Counted from the stretch's first letter, positions 1 to 10,345 are shown. The stretch: DNA of 64,000 bases from Planctomycetota bacterium (GCA_003576915.1 QEVF01000003.1:113737-177736); one strand, 5' to 3'. The notes: generated from the letters alone by a model not told the origin. A program made the numbers and translations.

Positions 1-1
1 C

Positions 2-895
2 TCAAGCCCGTGTGATCAGGACCGCCTGCCAGTAGGGCTGGGCGAGGGCGTGGGCGTTCTGCGGCGCCGGAGTTTTCACCCCGAGGTTCTGGGGTTCCAG
101 GGTCATGCGCCGGGCGCAGCGCTCTGTCAGCACCTGGGACAGTTCGGCGCCTTTGACGGTGGGGCGACCCGAAACCAGTGCCAGGGCGGTCAGGGCGCAG
201 CAGATGGCGTCAAAGTCCGCGCTGTCGAGTTTGCCTTCGAGCGTGTTTTCCATGTTGAGGCCCAGTTCCAGCGTGACCTTGGCAAAGGCGCGGTCAGCAC
301 TGACCGTCGAGTCGTCGGCCTTCCAGCCGCCCTTCTTGGACTGGTGGGCCTTGCCTCCCTTGTAGCTGCCCCGGAAATCGAAGAACTCGACGCAGGCTGC
401 CGGGCTGACCTCGATGAAATCCGACCCTGCCTTGAAACTGCTGCGCTGGAGTAGCTCCGAAAAGCGCAAGTTGAACGCGCCGATGCGGTCGGTCAGGGGA
501 GCGTCGTGATAGAACGCGAAATCCAGGGGCCGGTGCGTGAGCTGCCATACATAGCGCGCGGCATTGCCGACCTCCCGCGCTCCCAAACCCTGCCAGTCCA
601 GCGGGACATCAACGGCGATGGGGCGCGGCAGTTCGAGCAGGTCCTTGCGCCAGCGCGCAAACAGGTCGTCCAGCGTGTCCATCTGCTTGACCTTGCCGCC
701 AAAGGCCTGCATGGATGAGAGGTTGACGGTGATGACTCCGTCGCCGACGTCCGCGGCGACGGCCAGCATGGGCCTGCGGTCCACGCCGAATGCAGAAAGG
801 TTGATGCCCGCCGCGCTGTGTTTGGCCACGATGCTCTCCACAAAGGGAGCGCACTTGTACCAAGGGGGCGCGGAGTCTTCACCGGACATTCGCAA
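2..895 (-). CDS. hypothetical protein (297 aa), complete; no family confidently recognised
   Basis: Complete ORF with stop at 2-4 (tca = TGA on the minus strand). Composition is protein-like and not Arg/Ala-biased like the overlapping antisense frames. I could not assign a family from memory. Confidence 0.45.
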   Translation of the reverse strand: MRMSGEDSAPPWYKCAPFVESIVAKHSAAGINLSAFGVDRRPMLAVAADVGDGVITVNLSSMQAFGGKVKQMDTLDDLFARWRKDLLELPRPIAVDVPLDWQGLGAREVGNAARYVWQLTHRPLDFAFYHDAPLTDRIGAFNLRFSELLQRSSFKAGSDFIEVSPAACVEFFDFRGSYKGGKAHQSKKGGWKADDSTVSADRAFAKVTLELGLNMENTLEGKLDSADFDAICCALTALALVSGRPTVKGAELSQVLTERCARRMTLEPQNLGVKTPAPQNAHALAQPYWQAVLITRA

Positions 896-1088
896 TTGCC
901 GCTACCGCGACTACCATGGGGTGTTCAACAAAGGTATCCAAGGTGGAAGGCTGAGTGCCGCCGTTCAGCCGTCGGACCGGTCCAGGCAGCAACGGGCCGG
1001 CGCCGTCACGGGCCCGGCCCGGTGGCCTTGACCTTTCGAGGAAATGGTCGGAAGTTCGAATGATTCAGCGACTTGTAAGGAGACAGCG

Positions 1089-1757
1089 ATGAAGACTCTG
1101 ATGATTGCAGCGGCCGTTTTCCTGTTGTCGGTGGTTCCGGCCCTGGCCCAGGAAGGCCCCAAGCCCCAGGCCGAGACGCCCGAAAAGAAGGAAAGTCCGA
1201 AATCCGAAGAGAAACCCGCCGAGGCTCCCAAGACGGCAGAAATGGACAAAGCCGCGCCGGACTTCACGCTCAAGAATGCCAAAGGCGAGGAGATCAAGCT
1301 GGCCTCGTTCAAGGGCAAGATCGTGGTGCTCGAGTGGGTCAACTTTGACTGTCCCTATGTCCGCAAGCACTACGACGCCAAGGACATGGTCACGCTGCAG
1401 AAGAAGTACCGGGAGAAGGAGGTGGTCTGGCTTCAGATATGCTCGTCGGCCAAGGGCAAGCAGGGCCACTTCGAAGGCGATGCCCTGAAGGAACGCATTG
1501 CCAAAGAAGGCTGCGACGAGGCCTTCTACCTGCTCGATGAAGACGGTGCCGTGGGCGGCGCCTATAAGGCGCGCACCACACCGGCCATGTACGTCATCGA
1601 TAAGGAGGGCGTTCTGCGCTACATGGGCGCCATTGACAGCATCAGGAGCGCCAAACAGGAAGATGTGGCCAAGGCCACCAACTACGTGTCAGCCGCCCTC
1701 GATGAGCTATTGGCCGGCAAGGCGGTGACCACGAAAGAAACGAAGTCCTACGGCTGA
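1089..1757 (+). CDS. thioredoxin-fold/redoxin family secreted protein (TlpA/AhpC-like)
   Basis: ATG at 1089 is preceded by AAGGAG. Signal peptide MKTLMIAAAVFLLSVVPALA. Redoxin-like motifs VVLEWVNFDCPYV and AMYVIDKEGVLRY. Confidence 0.75.
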   Translation: MKTLMIAAAVFLLSVVPALAQEGPKPQAETPEKKESPKSEEKPAEAPKTAEMDKAAPDFTLKNAKGEEIKLASFKGKIVVLEWVNFDCPYVRKHYDAKDMVTLQKKYREKEVVWLQICSSAKGKQGHFEGDALKERIAKEGCDEAFYLLDEDGAVGGAYKARTTPAMYVIDKEGVLRYMGAIDSIRSAKQEDVAKATNYVSAALDELLAGKAVTTKETKSYG

Positions 1758-1810
1758 GCCGTGAAGTACGCCAAGGCCAATAAATAGCCCGTGGGGCCGG
1801 CCTCAGGAAC

Positions 1811-1842
1811 GACACCCGCCATGGCGGGTGTCGTTGTTTTTG
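1811..1842 (+). terminator. Rho-independent terminator after the redoxin gene
   Basis: Perfect inverted repeat gacacccgcc/ggcgggtgtc followed by gttgttttt. Confidence 0.55.
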
Positions 1843-1871
1843 CGGGGTCCCGTGCCCGGCTTCATGGGGCG

Positions 1872-2963
1872 TCAGTGATACTTGCGACCATAGAGGAATT
1901 CGTCGTCCATGTGGGCGGGGTGCCGCTCATCGGCGTAGACGCCCTGCATCACGGTGGCGGGGTCCGGTTTGGGCTGCTTCATGACCCACTCTTCGGCGGC
2001 CTCAATCTCGGCGCGCAGGGTTTCGTACACCTTGGCGATGGAGGCGTCGTCCGCGTAGCCCATTTCCTTCAGGTAGGCTTCGTAGCGAGTCAGGGGATCG
2101 CGGCCCTCCCAGTACTGCTGGATTTCTTTCGGAACATACTTGGCCGGATCATGCTCGGCGTGACCCTTGCGGCGATAGGTGAGGACCTCAAACATCTGTG
2201 TGCCTTCTCCGGCCCGGGCGCGATCCACCGCTTCTTTGGTGGTTTCATAGACCGCGATGGGGTCGTTGCCGTCAATCGTCACGGCATGTTTGATGCCGTA
2301 GCCCACGGCCTTGTCCGCAAAGCGCTCAGCCAGGCACTGCTGTTTGACCGGCGTGGAGTAGGCGTACTGGTTGTTCTCGATGATGACCACCAGGGGGGCC
2401 TTCATCACCGCGGCGAAGTTGACGTCCTCATGGAATTCGCCCGTGCTGGTGCTTCCCTCGCCGATCCAGGTCAGGGCCACTCGCTTCTCACCGCGCTGCC
2501 TTGCCGCCAGGACAAATCCGCTGCAAAGAGCGATACTCGCCCCCAGCATGGAGATGGGGGCGATGATGCCGTAGCGCAGGTCTCCCATGTGGGTGTTGCC
2601 GTCGCGGCCGCCCGTGGGCGAATTGATGCGATACATGTAGTTGGCCAGGAAGTCGCGCGGCGGCAGCCCTCGCACCAGCGTGGCGCCGGCGTTGCGGATC
2701 ATGGGCGCGATGATGTCGCCTTTCTCCAGGGCGTAAGCGGAGGCACAGCTTGTGGCCTCCTGGCCGAGGCTGGAGAAGGCGGCCCCGATGACCAGGCCGC
2801 GGCGGTAGAGCAGGCTGATCTTGTTGTCAAATTCGCGGTTGAGCACCATGAGGCGGTGCAGCTCCAGCTGCTGCTCACGGGTGAGTCGGGTCTTGAGCGT
2901 GATCTCGCCCGCGCCGCTGACGGACGGGGAGTTCTTGAGGGCGGTTGCCTTGGCTTTGGCCAT
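1872..2963 (-). CDS. TPP-dependent 2-oxoacid/acetoin dehydrogenase E1 component alpha subunit
   Basis: Motifs GRDGNTHMG and GEGSTSTGEFHEDVNFAAVMKAPLVVIIENNQYAYSTP (TPP-binding E1 alpha). No beta-subunit gene adjacent. Confidence 0.85.
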   Translation of the reverse strand: MAKAKATALKNSPSVSGAGEITLKTRLTREQQLELHRLMVLNREFDNKISLLYRRGLVIGAAFSSLGQEATSCASAYALEKGDIIAPMIRNAGATLVRGLPPRDFLANYMYRINSPTGGRDGNTHMGDLRYGIIAPISMLGASIALCSGFVLAARQRGEKRVALTWIGEGSTSTGEFHEDVNFAAVMKAPLVVIIENNQYAYSTPVKQQCLAERFADKAVGYGIKHAVTIDGNDPIAVYETTKEAVDRARAGEGTQMFEVLTYRRKGHAEHDPAKYVPKEIQQYWEGRDPLTRYEAYLKEMGYADDASIAKVYETLRAEIEAAEEWVMKQPKPDPATVMQGVYADERHPAHMDDEFLYGRKYH

Positions 2964-3048
2964 GGAGCTTTCCAGTGTGCTTCCGGTTACAATGCCCGAT
3001 CTGAGCGGTTGGGAATATCCGCCAATTGGCGTTCACTCGCAAGGAGAA

Positions 3049-3804
3049 ATGATGCGTGGACTCATGTTCATGGGGCTGATGGCTTCATTCTTGATGGTGT
3101 TGTCCGCGTGCGGAGGATCATCGGTAGACAAGGGCTCGGGTCAAGGCGGTTGCTCCGACCCGGACTTCACCTACCGGGGCGGCAAGGAAGACACAAGCGG
3201 AGGCCAGAAGGGCAAGGGTGGGTCGGGTGACGGTTCAGCGGGAGGAAGCAAGGACTCCGGCTCCGGCAAGGACGGAAGTTCCGGCAAGGGGCAGGGCGAC
3301 ATTTCTGCCAAGGACAAGCCCAAAGCCGAGCCCGAACCGGGCTCCATCGACTGGAGCAACTTCACGCCCGTGGCCCGCACCAACATTTCAGGCAAGGAGA
3401 CCCTGTTTTCTCATGTGCTGGCTCTGTGGGATGAAGCCTACCGCAGCGTGCGCATCGTATTGTCGGTTGATCCCGTCCCGGCGGACATGATCTCCAGGTT
3501 GCGCAGCGGCGAGCCACTGCTGGACCCGGCCGTCCACTACATCATCAATCTGAACATGGACGAGGGGGTGACGAAGTTCAGCCCCAAGGACGTCGCTACC
3601 TGGTCCTACGACTTTTACAACCTTACGGACCTCAGCCCGATGAAGCTGATCAACATCGGCAAGCCCACCATCAAGGAACTGCAGGGCGAGGCCAAGGTCG
3701 GAACCAAGGTCAGGGTCCGCATCCAGTTCGAGAGCGAGAAGGTCAAAGGGGCCCCGGAAGAGAAGGTCCACTTTGACGTGGTGCAGGAGTTGGAACTGAA
3801 GTAG
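3049..3804 (+). CDS. lipoprotein with Gly/Ser-rich low-complexity linker
   Basis: AAGGAG SD before ATGATG at 3049. Lipobox MMRGLMFMGLMASFLMVLSACGG. Long G/S/K/D-rich region. Confidence 0.6.
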   Translation: MMRGLMFMGLMASFLMVLSACGGSSVDKGSGQGGCSDPDFTYRGGKEDTSGGQKGKGGSGDGSAGGSKDSGSGKDGSSGKGQGDISAKDKPKAEPEPGSIDWSNFTPVARTNISGKETLFSHVLALWDEAYRSVRIVLSVDPVPADMISRLRSGEPLLDPAVHYIINLNMDEGVTKFSPKDVATWSYDFYNLTDLSPMKLINIGKPTIKELQGEAKVGTKVRVRIQFESEKVKGAPEEKVHFDVVQELELK

Positions 3805-3819
3805 CTCCCAGGCTTGGGC

Positions 3820-3850
3820 GCGGGCGGGCTTGGCCCGCCCGCGTTTTTTC
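3820..3850 (+). terminator. Rho-independent terminator after the lipoprotein gene
   Basis: gcgggcgggc / gcccgcccgc stem followed by gttttttc. Confidence 0.6.
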
Positions 3851-3973
3851 TGAAAGCCCCTCTCAGGCTCGTCCACTCAAGTATATCCCCTTCAGACCAG
3901 ACCTTGCGGGCTTCGCGTTGGCCCCGGCCTTGGCCTGTATTACGCTTGGGGACCTTCATATCGGGAGAGTTGC

Positions 3974-4963
3974 ATGCGCATTCTTCACATGCTGTTTGGT
4001 GCCGCGCTGGTCTGTGCCGGGGCCCTTTTTACGGCTCTGGTGAGTGCTTCGACGCCGCAGGACAGGCCCTTTGAACCCGTTCAGATGGGGGAGCAGACGG
4101 CTCCGGCGGCGGACCTCGATGCCCTGGCCCTCAAAGTACTCAACAGCCTGCGCGGTCAGACTTTCATCGAGATCTATGACCTGCTGCTGCCCTACCGGCA
4201 GACTTCTGAGGCCCTCGCCCGCGAGGAGGAGAATTTCCGCCTCGACTCGGGCGACCTGAGCTGGGAGGACATTCGTGCGGGCATCGACGGCAAGCGCGGC
4301 ACGGACCCCATGGGTAAGCTCAAACTGAGCAGCGTGAAGGACTACCGCGCTCTGGATCTGCGGCAGTGGTTTGCACTTCAGTGCGGTTGCTGGCGGGTTT
4401 ACCGCAGCGAAGATGTCGAGGACCGCATGAAGGCTTCCTGGTACGCCGTGGACCGCCACACGGGCCTGCGCGCTTCAAAGAAGGACGCCTATGGGCACCT
4501 GCAGCCCAGCGGCACCCTGATGTTCCGCAACCGATTTGGGGACAATCTGCGCGTGGTCTGCATCAGCATGGGCAACCGCTGGTATGTCGAGGACTTCACT
4601 TTCCAGGTGGGGCGCATGCGTGGCGGCAGTGTGCCCGTGGACAGCGCTGAAGTGGCCGATCCGCGCGTCACCAACGCACGTAACACGCTCAAGATCATCT
4701 TCGACAAGCTGCGCGCGGCCTACCAGGCGGGCAAGGATTCTCTGCCGCCGACCTTGACCTTCGAGACCATCGGCATCAAGCCCGGCGAACTTGATACGAA
4801 GTACTATGACTACGGCATCAAGCTGGACGGCAACAAGAGCGACGGCTTCAAGGGCGCAAAAATCACGGCCACGCCCAAGAAGGGCCTGAAGCTCCCCGGC
4901 GTCACGCTGACCGTGGATTCTCTCAAGAATCAGAATGGCTACGCCATTCGAGATGACGAGTAG
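3974..4963 (+). CDS. hypothetical secreted protein
   Basis: Signal peptide MRILHMLFGAALVCAGALFTALVSA. Protein-like composition. No family recognised. Confidence 0.5.
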   Translation: MRILHMLFGAALVCAGALFTALVSASTPQDRPFEPVQMGEQTAPAADLDALALKVLNSLRGQTFIEIYDLLLPYRQTSEALAREEENFRLDSGDLSWEDIRAGIDGKRGTDPMGKLKLSSVKDYRALDLRQWFALQCGCWRVYRSEDVEDRMKASWYAVDRHTGLRASKKDAYGHLQPSGTLMFRNRFGDNLRVVCISMGNRWYVEDFTFQVGRMRGGSVPVDSAEVADPRVTNARNTLKIIFDKLRAAYQAGKDSLPPTLTFETIGIKPGELDTKYYDYGIKLDGNKSDGFKGAKITATPKKGLKLPGVTLTVDSLKNQNGYAIRDDE

Positions 4964-5429
4964 CCTGGAGCATCAGAGTGCGGCCCGGCAACAGTATGCC
5001 GGGCCGCATTGTCGGGAGAGGCCCGTGCCACTGATCCGACCGCGGTTTTCAGTCCTGCTTGCCCTCCTGCTGGCGGCCCTGTGCCTGTCGGCCTGCGGAT
5101 CGGACGACCCCGTCAACAAGACCGATCGCAGCCGCGCCGAGGCCGACGCCAGGGCGAGCTTCGGCATCATCCGTACGGCGGTGCTGGCGCATTTCAAGAA
5201 GACCGGCAAGCTGCCGGACGAGCCGAGCCTGGCGCACTTCGGCATTGATGAAGGCCAGTTACGCAAGACTTTCTATGAGGCCTATGAATTCGAACTTGAT
5301 GGCGATCCCGAAGATGGCTACGGGGGCACCACCGTCACGGCCAGGCCCAAGGAAGGCAGCGCCGCCCCCTTGATGGTCATGACATTCGAAGACATGCGTA
5401 CTGGGGCGCACAAGATCCGGGTGAAGTAG
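4935..5429 (+). CDS. hypothetical lipoprotein
   Basis: Lipobox LLALLLAALCLSACGSDD. Start is uncertain; an alternative GTG near 5026 is preceded by GGGAGAGG. Confidence 0.4.
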   Translation: MATPFEMTSSLEHQSAARQQYAGPHCRERPVPLIRPRFSVLLALLLAALCLSACGSDDPVNKTDRSRAEADARASFGIIRTAVLAHFKKTGKLPDEPSLAHFGIDEGQLRKTFYEAYEFELDGDPEDGYGGTTVTARPKEGSAAPLMVMTFEDMRTGAHKIRVK

Positions 5430-5444
5430 AGGCATTGCCGCGGT

Positions 5445-7064
5445 TCAGGGGAGGCGCGGGGTCGGCTCTGACTGGACCTTCCTGTCAGGAAGTCTGCCGC
5501 TGCGCGCGATGGACTTCAGATTCCGGCTCAATTCGCTGGTGTCGGCGTCCGGATCTTCTGCCATGGCGCGGTAGCCCGTCTTGCGGGCAAGACCCCTTCG
5601 GGCAGTGGCGCGAGCTTCCTTGTGGCGGCCCATACAGGCCAAAGCGACCGCGCGGTGGCCCTGTGCCGAGCAGAACTCCGCTGTGTCGCCCATGCCGATG
5701 CCCTCAAGGGTCCTGGCTGCATCCTGGGCACATGCGGCGGCGCGGGAGAATTCACCTGTGAGGTTGTACAGGCAGGCCAGGGTGTTGAGGGCGCTGGCCT
5801 CGTAGTAAGGGATCTTGGCCCTCTGGGCCAGCGCAAGGCCGTCAAGCACCAGTCTTAGGGCGCGCCCGTATTCGCCCAGTTCGATGTGGTAGGAGGCAAG
5901 GTTGACGCTGAACAACCCCAGGGAGGACAGATCGCCCAGTTCTTCGGCGATCATCATGGCCTCCTGCATGAGCCGCGCCCCCTGCTCAAAGTTGCGCTCG
6001 GAGAAGTCAAGATTGGCGAGGTTTCCGAGATTGGCGGAGATTCGATCGAGAGCGCCCACCTCGCGCGAGATGCCCAGCGCTTCCTGATAGCATCGCCTGG
6101 CCTGTGCCATGCGCCCCAGCTTGCGAAATGTAATCCCAAGGTTACCCAGCGCGGTGCCCAGGTCGCGCGCATCGCCTCGACTGCGGGCCATGCGCACGCA
6201 GCCTTCAAGAATGGCCCGCGCACGCTGCAACTCGCCGAGGTCATTGAGCACCACCGCGCGATTGACTCTGGAAAGCATGGTGCGGTACTTGTCGCGCCCG
6301 CGCTGAAGCACCCTTTCAGCCTGCTCCAGCATGCGCAAGCCGCGGCGAGGCTGGCCCATCTGAAAGGTCACCACGCCGATCATGTTGACGGCAACGCCCT
6401 CCAATTCGGTGCTGCGCGCGGCTCGGGCGAGCTTCTGCCCCAGGCGCGCGTGGCGCCGGGCCTGCGCCAGACGCGAACTCAGGTAATCCAGTTCGCCGAG
6501 AAGAAGCTCGGCCTGGGCGCAGTCTGCCGGGCGCCCCAGGCGCCGCGCCAGACCACGCGCGCGGCGGGCGGCTTTGCGCGCCGCGTCGAGCTGGCCCCCA
6601 TGGCGCAGGGACCTGGCCAACCCCATCAGGGCCTCAATGGACTGCCGGGTGTTCGCGCCGGAGATTTCGCACAGCCGCGTGTAGCAGGCGGCAGCCTCAA
6701 GGGGCTGATTCAACTGCTCGGCCTCCCGGGCCGCCCGCCGCTGGTAGCGCCGTTCCAGCCTGCGAAGCCTGACGGACCCGGCTTGGCCGGCCTGTGCCAG
6801 GCGGGCGTGCAAAGCCAGGTCGCGGGCGGGCACATGGCCCTTTGACTGCTCCAGGACCGCCAGCGCCAGCGCGTGCAGCCGGGCGCGGGCCGAGGGCATG
6901 AACAGCTGATAGGCCACCTGCTGCGTGAGGGCGTGCGCAAACTGGTAGGCGGACTCCGCCGAGTCCGGCACGAGGGCGTAGGGGCGCGCGGCGACTTGAC
7001 CTAGCCGCGCAGGGTCGTTGCGCCGGGTTGACCGCTGCCGGCCTGGTCGCTGGCCATGTGGCAT
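5445..7064 (-). CDS. TPR-repeat protein (possibly an N-terminally truncated signalling protein)
   Basis: Many tetratricopeptide-like repeats (ALGNLGITFRKLGRMAQARRCYQEAL...). The 5' end overlaps the secA 3' end, so the true start is probably internal, for example the Met near 6899. Confidence 0.65.
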   Translation of the reverse strand: MPHGQRPGRQRSTRRNDPARLGQVAARPYALVPDSAESAYQFAHALTQQVAYQLFMPSARARLHALALAVLEQSKGHVPARDLALHARLAQAGQAGSVRLRRLERRYQRRAAREAEQLNQPLEAAACYTRLCEISGANTRQSIEALMGLARSLRHGGQLDAARKAARRARGLARRLGRPADCAQAELLLGELDYLSSRLAQARRHARLGQKLARAARSTELEGVAVNMIGVVTFQMGQPRRGLRMLEQAERVLQRGRDKYRTMLSRVNRAVVLNDLGELQRARAILEGCVRMARSRGDARDLGTALGNLGITFRKLGRMAQARRCYQEALGISREVGALDRISANLGNLANLDFSERNFEQGARLMQEAMMIAEELGDLSSLGLFSVNLASYHIELGEYGRALRLVLDGLALAQRAKIPYYEASALNTLACLYNLTGEFSRAAACAQDAARTLEGIGMGDTAEFCSAQGHRAVALACMGRHKEARATARRGLARKTGYRAMAEDPDADTSELSRNLKSIARSGRLPDRKVQSEPTPRLP

Positions 7065-10000
7065 TTTTTGTACTTCTTGCCCGAGCCGCAGTGGCAGGGG
7101 TCGTTGGGGCCGGGGAGCTTCTTCTTGTGAGCCATGAAGCCTGTGTCCCGTGAGGGCTGCACGGCCTGCTGCATCTGCCGGCGGGTTTGCTCCTGGGCCT
7201 CGCTGGGCTTGGGCATTTCAGGCTCGGCGGGCATGGCGGGCGGGGCCATCTCCGCGCCGCCGCCGGAGGTTGTGGTGGTGACGGCCGGGTGCAGGGCCTG
7301 GGCCTGGCGCACCTCGCGAACCTGGGGCGCCTCCTCGAACTGGACTTCGATTCGGAAGATGGTGCTGACTACCTCGTGGTCCACGCTGTCCAGCATGGCC
7401 TCGAAGGCTTCGTGGCCCTTCTTCTTGTAGGCGTCCTTGGGGTCCTTCTGGGCGTAGCTTTCCCAGTGGATGCTGCCCTTGATGATCTCCAGGTTCTTGA
7501 GGTGATCCTTCCAATGCTGGTCCAGGCTCTGCAGCACCAGATAGCGCTCCAGTTGGCGCATGCGCCCCGTGGCGGGACGGCCGGCAGGTGTCTTCAGGGC
7601 TGCGCCCGTGGGGTCGGAGCAAATGCGACGCTCGCGCTCTTCGTAGAGCTTCACCGCCCGGTCGTACAGCCAGGTCTGAAGTTTGGTTACGGCCTCCGGT
7701 CCGCCCATGCCGCGCGGCATGTCCTTGGGGTCCACCTCGGCGTTGAAGACGCGGCGGTAATCTGCGGCGATTTCGACGAAGTTCCAGGTGTCGTGGCGCT
7801 CGGGGTCCTTGATGTTGCGCTGCATTGAGGCGGCGATCACGTTGTAGATGCGGTCGAGCAAGTCCTCGCGCAGGCGGTCGGCATGGACCTTGCCGCGGAT
7901 GGTGTGGGCCAGGCGCAGAACGGCCTCCTCGACGGTCTGCTCGCGCAGTGCGTCGTCGGGGATTTCGGCCTCGTGCTCTTCGTCGGCCCAATGGGCCAGT
8001 TTGTTGGCGACGATGGCGCTGATTCTGGTCTGGTCGGAGACGTCGGAGACCTTGTCCAGTTCCTTGACGACCTCAACGACCTTCTTGCGGGCGGCTGTCT
8101 GAAGCGCGAGGAAGTCGGCGCGGTGCATGCCGGCGAGCACGATCTGGCGCTTCTTGTAGACGGCTTTGCGCTGGCCGTTGTTGACGTCGTCGTACTCGAT
8201 GAGGTTTTTGCGGATGTCGAAGTTGCGCTGCTCGACCTTCTTCTGGGCTCGCTCGACGCTCTTGGAGACCATGCGCGCCTGGATGGGCTGGCCGTCCTTG
8301 AGGCCCAGCTTCTGCATGATGCCCTTCATGCGCGGACCGGCGAACATGCGCATCAGGTCGTCATCAAGGGAGATGAAGAACTGGCTCGATCCCGGGTCGC
8401 CCTGGCGGCCACAGCGGCCGCGAAGCTGGTTGTCGATGCGGCGAGATTCGTGGCGTTCTGTGCCGATGACCTGCAGGCCGCCCAGCTTGACGATTTCCTC
8501 GTGTTCGGCATCGATGGCCGGACGGAACTCGCGCGCCTTTTCGTCCACGGCGCGGTCCCAGGCCAGTTCGGCTGCAAACAGGGTGTCGCGCGGAATGCGC
8601 CAGCCCTCGACACCCCGGAACTCCTCGGGCAGGAAGTCTTCGAGTTTCTTGCCCTCGGCGCGCAGGGCCTGTAATGCCATGAACTTGGGGTTGCCGCCCA
8701 GCAGAATGTCCGTGCCGCGGCCGGCCATGTTCGTGGACACCGTGATCTGGCCCTTGCGGCCGGCCTGCGCCACGATTTCCGCCTCGCGCGCGTGAAACTT
8801 GGCGTTGAGGGTGTTGTGCTTGAGCCCCCGGGCATTGAGCAGTCTGGACAGATGCTCGGACTTCTCGACGCTCGTGGTGCCTACCAGAATGGGCCGGCCG
8901 GTCTTGTGGACCTTCTCGATTTCCTCACAGATGGCGGCCCACTTTTCGTCGGCCGTTCCGTAAATCAGGTCTTCGTTGTCGGCGCGGATCAGGGGGCGGT
9001 TCGTGGGAATGGCCACGACGTCGAGCTTGTAGATCTTCTCGAACTCGGCTGCCTCAGTCATGGCGCTGCCGGTCATGCCGCTGATCTTGTTGTACAGCTT
9101 GAAGTAGTTCTGCAGGGTGATGGTGGCCAGGGTCTGGCTTTCCGCGCGCACCCGGATGCCGTGCTTGGCCTCCACGGCCTGGTGCAGGCCGTCGGACCAG
9201 CGGCGGCCGTGCTGCAGGCGGCCGGTGAATTCGTCAACGATGACGATCTCCGGGCCGTCCTCGCCCTCGTGCACGACGTATTCCTTGTCCAGCTTGAACA
9301 GGTTGTTGGCGCGCAGGGCCTGCTCCATCAAATGCGGCCATTCCATGTGCACGCCGTCGTAGAGGTGCTTGACGCCCAGGGCCTTCTCGACCTTGGAGAC
9401 GCCGCGCTCCGTCAGCAGGGCCTGGCTTTCCTTTTCCTTGACCTCGAAGTCGTAGTGGTTGAGTTCGTCGAGATAGAGCTGTTTGTCCTGCAGGGCCGCT
9501 TTGCCGTGCTTGGTGACAATGATGTCCTTCAGTTTTTCAGAGTCGATGCCCTTGAGCGTCTTGGCAATCTCGTCAGCCTTGGCGTACTTGGCCGCGTTGT
9601 CCTCGGCGGCGCCGGAGATGATCAGGGGCGTGCGCGCCTCGTCGATGAGGATGGAGTCCACTTCGTCGATGATGGCGTAATGCAGCTCGCGCTGGACCTG
9701 TGTGCGCGGGTCGACCTTCATGTTGTCGCGCAGGTAGTCAAAGCCGAACTCGTTATTGGTGCCGTAGGTGATATCGCGCGCATACATCTCGCGGCGCTCT
9801 TCATTGTCCATGTCGGTGAGGATGTAGCCGCAGGACATGCCCAGCAGTGCCAATACGCGGCCCTGTTCTTCGGCGTCGCGGCGGGCCAGGTAGTCGTTGA
9901 CAGTCACCACATGGACGCCGCGGCCGTCCAGGGCATTGAGGAAAGCCGCCGGAGTGGCCACAAAGGTCTTGCCTTCGCCGGTCACCATTTCGGCAATCTT

Positions 10001-10345
10001 GCCCTGGTGAAGTACGATGCCGCCCATGAGCTGGACGGGGAAGTGCGCCTTGTAGGGGATGGTCTCGCCGCTGACGGGGTCCTTGACCATCTGGCGGTTG
10101 CCCAGCACGCGCCAGCTGGCTTCGCGCACGAGGGCGAAGGCCTCCACGAGCAGGTCTTCAAGAGACTCGCCGTCTCGACGCCGCTCTTTGAGCCGGGCCG
10201 TATAGTCCTTGAGTTCGGCGTCGGAAAGCGCGTTGGTCTTGGGGAAGAGGTCAAGAATCCTGTTCACGGTGGGCCAGAGCGCCTTGACCAGGCGTTCGTT
10301 GCGCGAACCAATGAAGAAGCGGAGAACCGTATCGAGAAGCGGCAT
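7001..10345 (-). CDS. secA: preprotein translocase ATPase SecA (long form, ~1115 aa)
   Basis: N-terminus MPLLDTVLRFFIGSRNERLVKAL, DEAD-like motor motifs, and C-terminal Zn-binding tail CHCGSGKKYKKCH. Confidence 0.95.
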   Translation of the reverse strand: MPLLDTVLRFFIGSRNERLVKALWPTVNRILDLFPKTNALSDAELKDYTARLKERRRDGESLEDLLVEAFALVREASWRVLGNRQMVKDPVSGETIPYKAHFPVQLMGGIVLHQGKIAEMVTGEGKTFVATPAAFLNALDGRGVHVVTVNDYLARRDAEEQGRVLALLGMSCGYILTDMDNEERREMYARDITYGTNNEFGFDYLRDNMKVDPRTQVQRELHYAIIDEVDSILIDEARTPLIISGAAEDNAAKYAKADEIAKTLKGIDSEKLKDIIVTKHGKAALQDKQLYLDELNHYDFEVKEKESQALLTERGVSKVEKALGVKHLYDGVHMEWPHLMEQALRANNLFKLDKEYVVHEGEDGPEIVIVDEFTGRLQHGRRWSDGLHQAVEAKHGIRVRAESQTLATITLQNYFKLYNKISGMTGSAMTEAAEFEKIYKLDVVAIPTNRPLIRADNEDLIYGTADEKWAAICEEIEKVHKTGRPILVGTTSVEKSEHLSRLLNARGLKHNTLNAKFHAREAEIVAQAGRKGQITVSTNMAGRGTDILLGGNPKFMALQALRAEGKKLEDFLPEEFRGVEGWRIPRDTLFAAELAWDRAVDEKAREFRPAIDAEHEEIVKLGGLQVIGTERHESRRIDNQLRGRCGRQGDPGSSQFFISLDDDLMRMFAGPRMKGIMQKLGLKDGQPIQARMVSKSVERAQKKVEQRNFDIRKNLIEYDDVNNGQRKAVYKKRQIVLAGMHRADFLALQTAARKKVVEVVKELDKVSDVSDQTRISAIVANKLAHWADEEHEAEIPDDALREQTVEEAVLRLAHTIRGKVHADRLREDLLDRIYNVIAASMQRNIKDPERHDTWNFVEIAADYRRVFNAEVDPKDMPRGMGGPEAVTKLQTWLYDRAVKLYEERERRICSDPTGAALKTPAGRPATGRMRQLERYLVLQSLDQHWKDHLKNLEIIKGSIHWESYAQKDPKDAYKKKGHEAFEAMLDSVDHEVVSTIFRIEVQFEEAPQVREVRQAQALHPAVTTTTSGGGAEMAPPAMPAEPEMPKPSEAQEQTRRQMQQAVQPSRDTGFMAHKKKLPGPNDPCHCGSGKKYKKCHMASDQAGSGQPGATTLRG

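Noticed and set aside
1791-3230. 479-aa + strand ORF overlapping the E1-alpha gene
   Set aside because: It is antisense to a gene with strong family motifs. Its composition (Gly/Ala/Arg/His-rich) is typical of high-GC antisense frames, and it has no domain signature.
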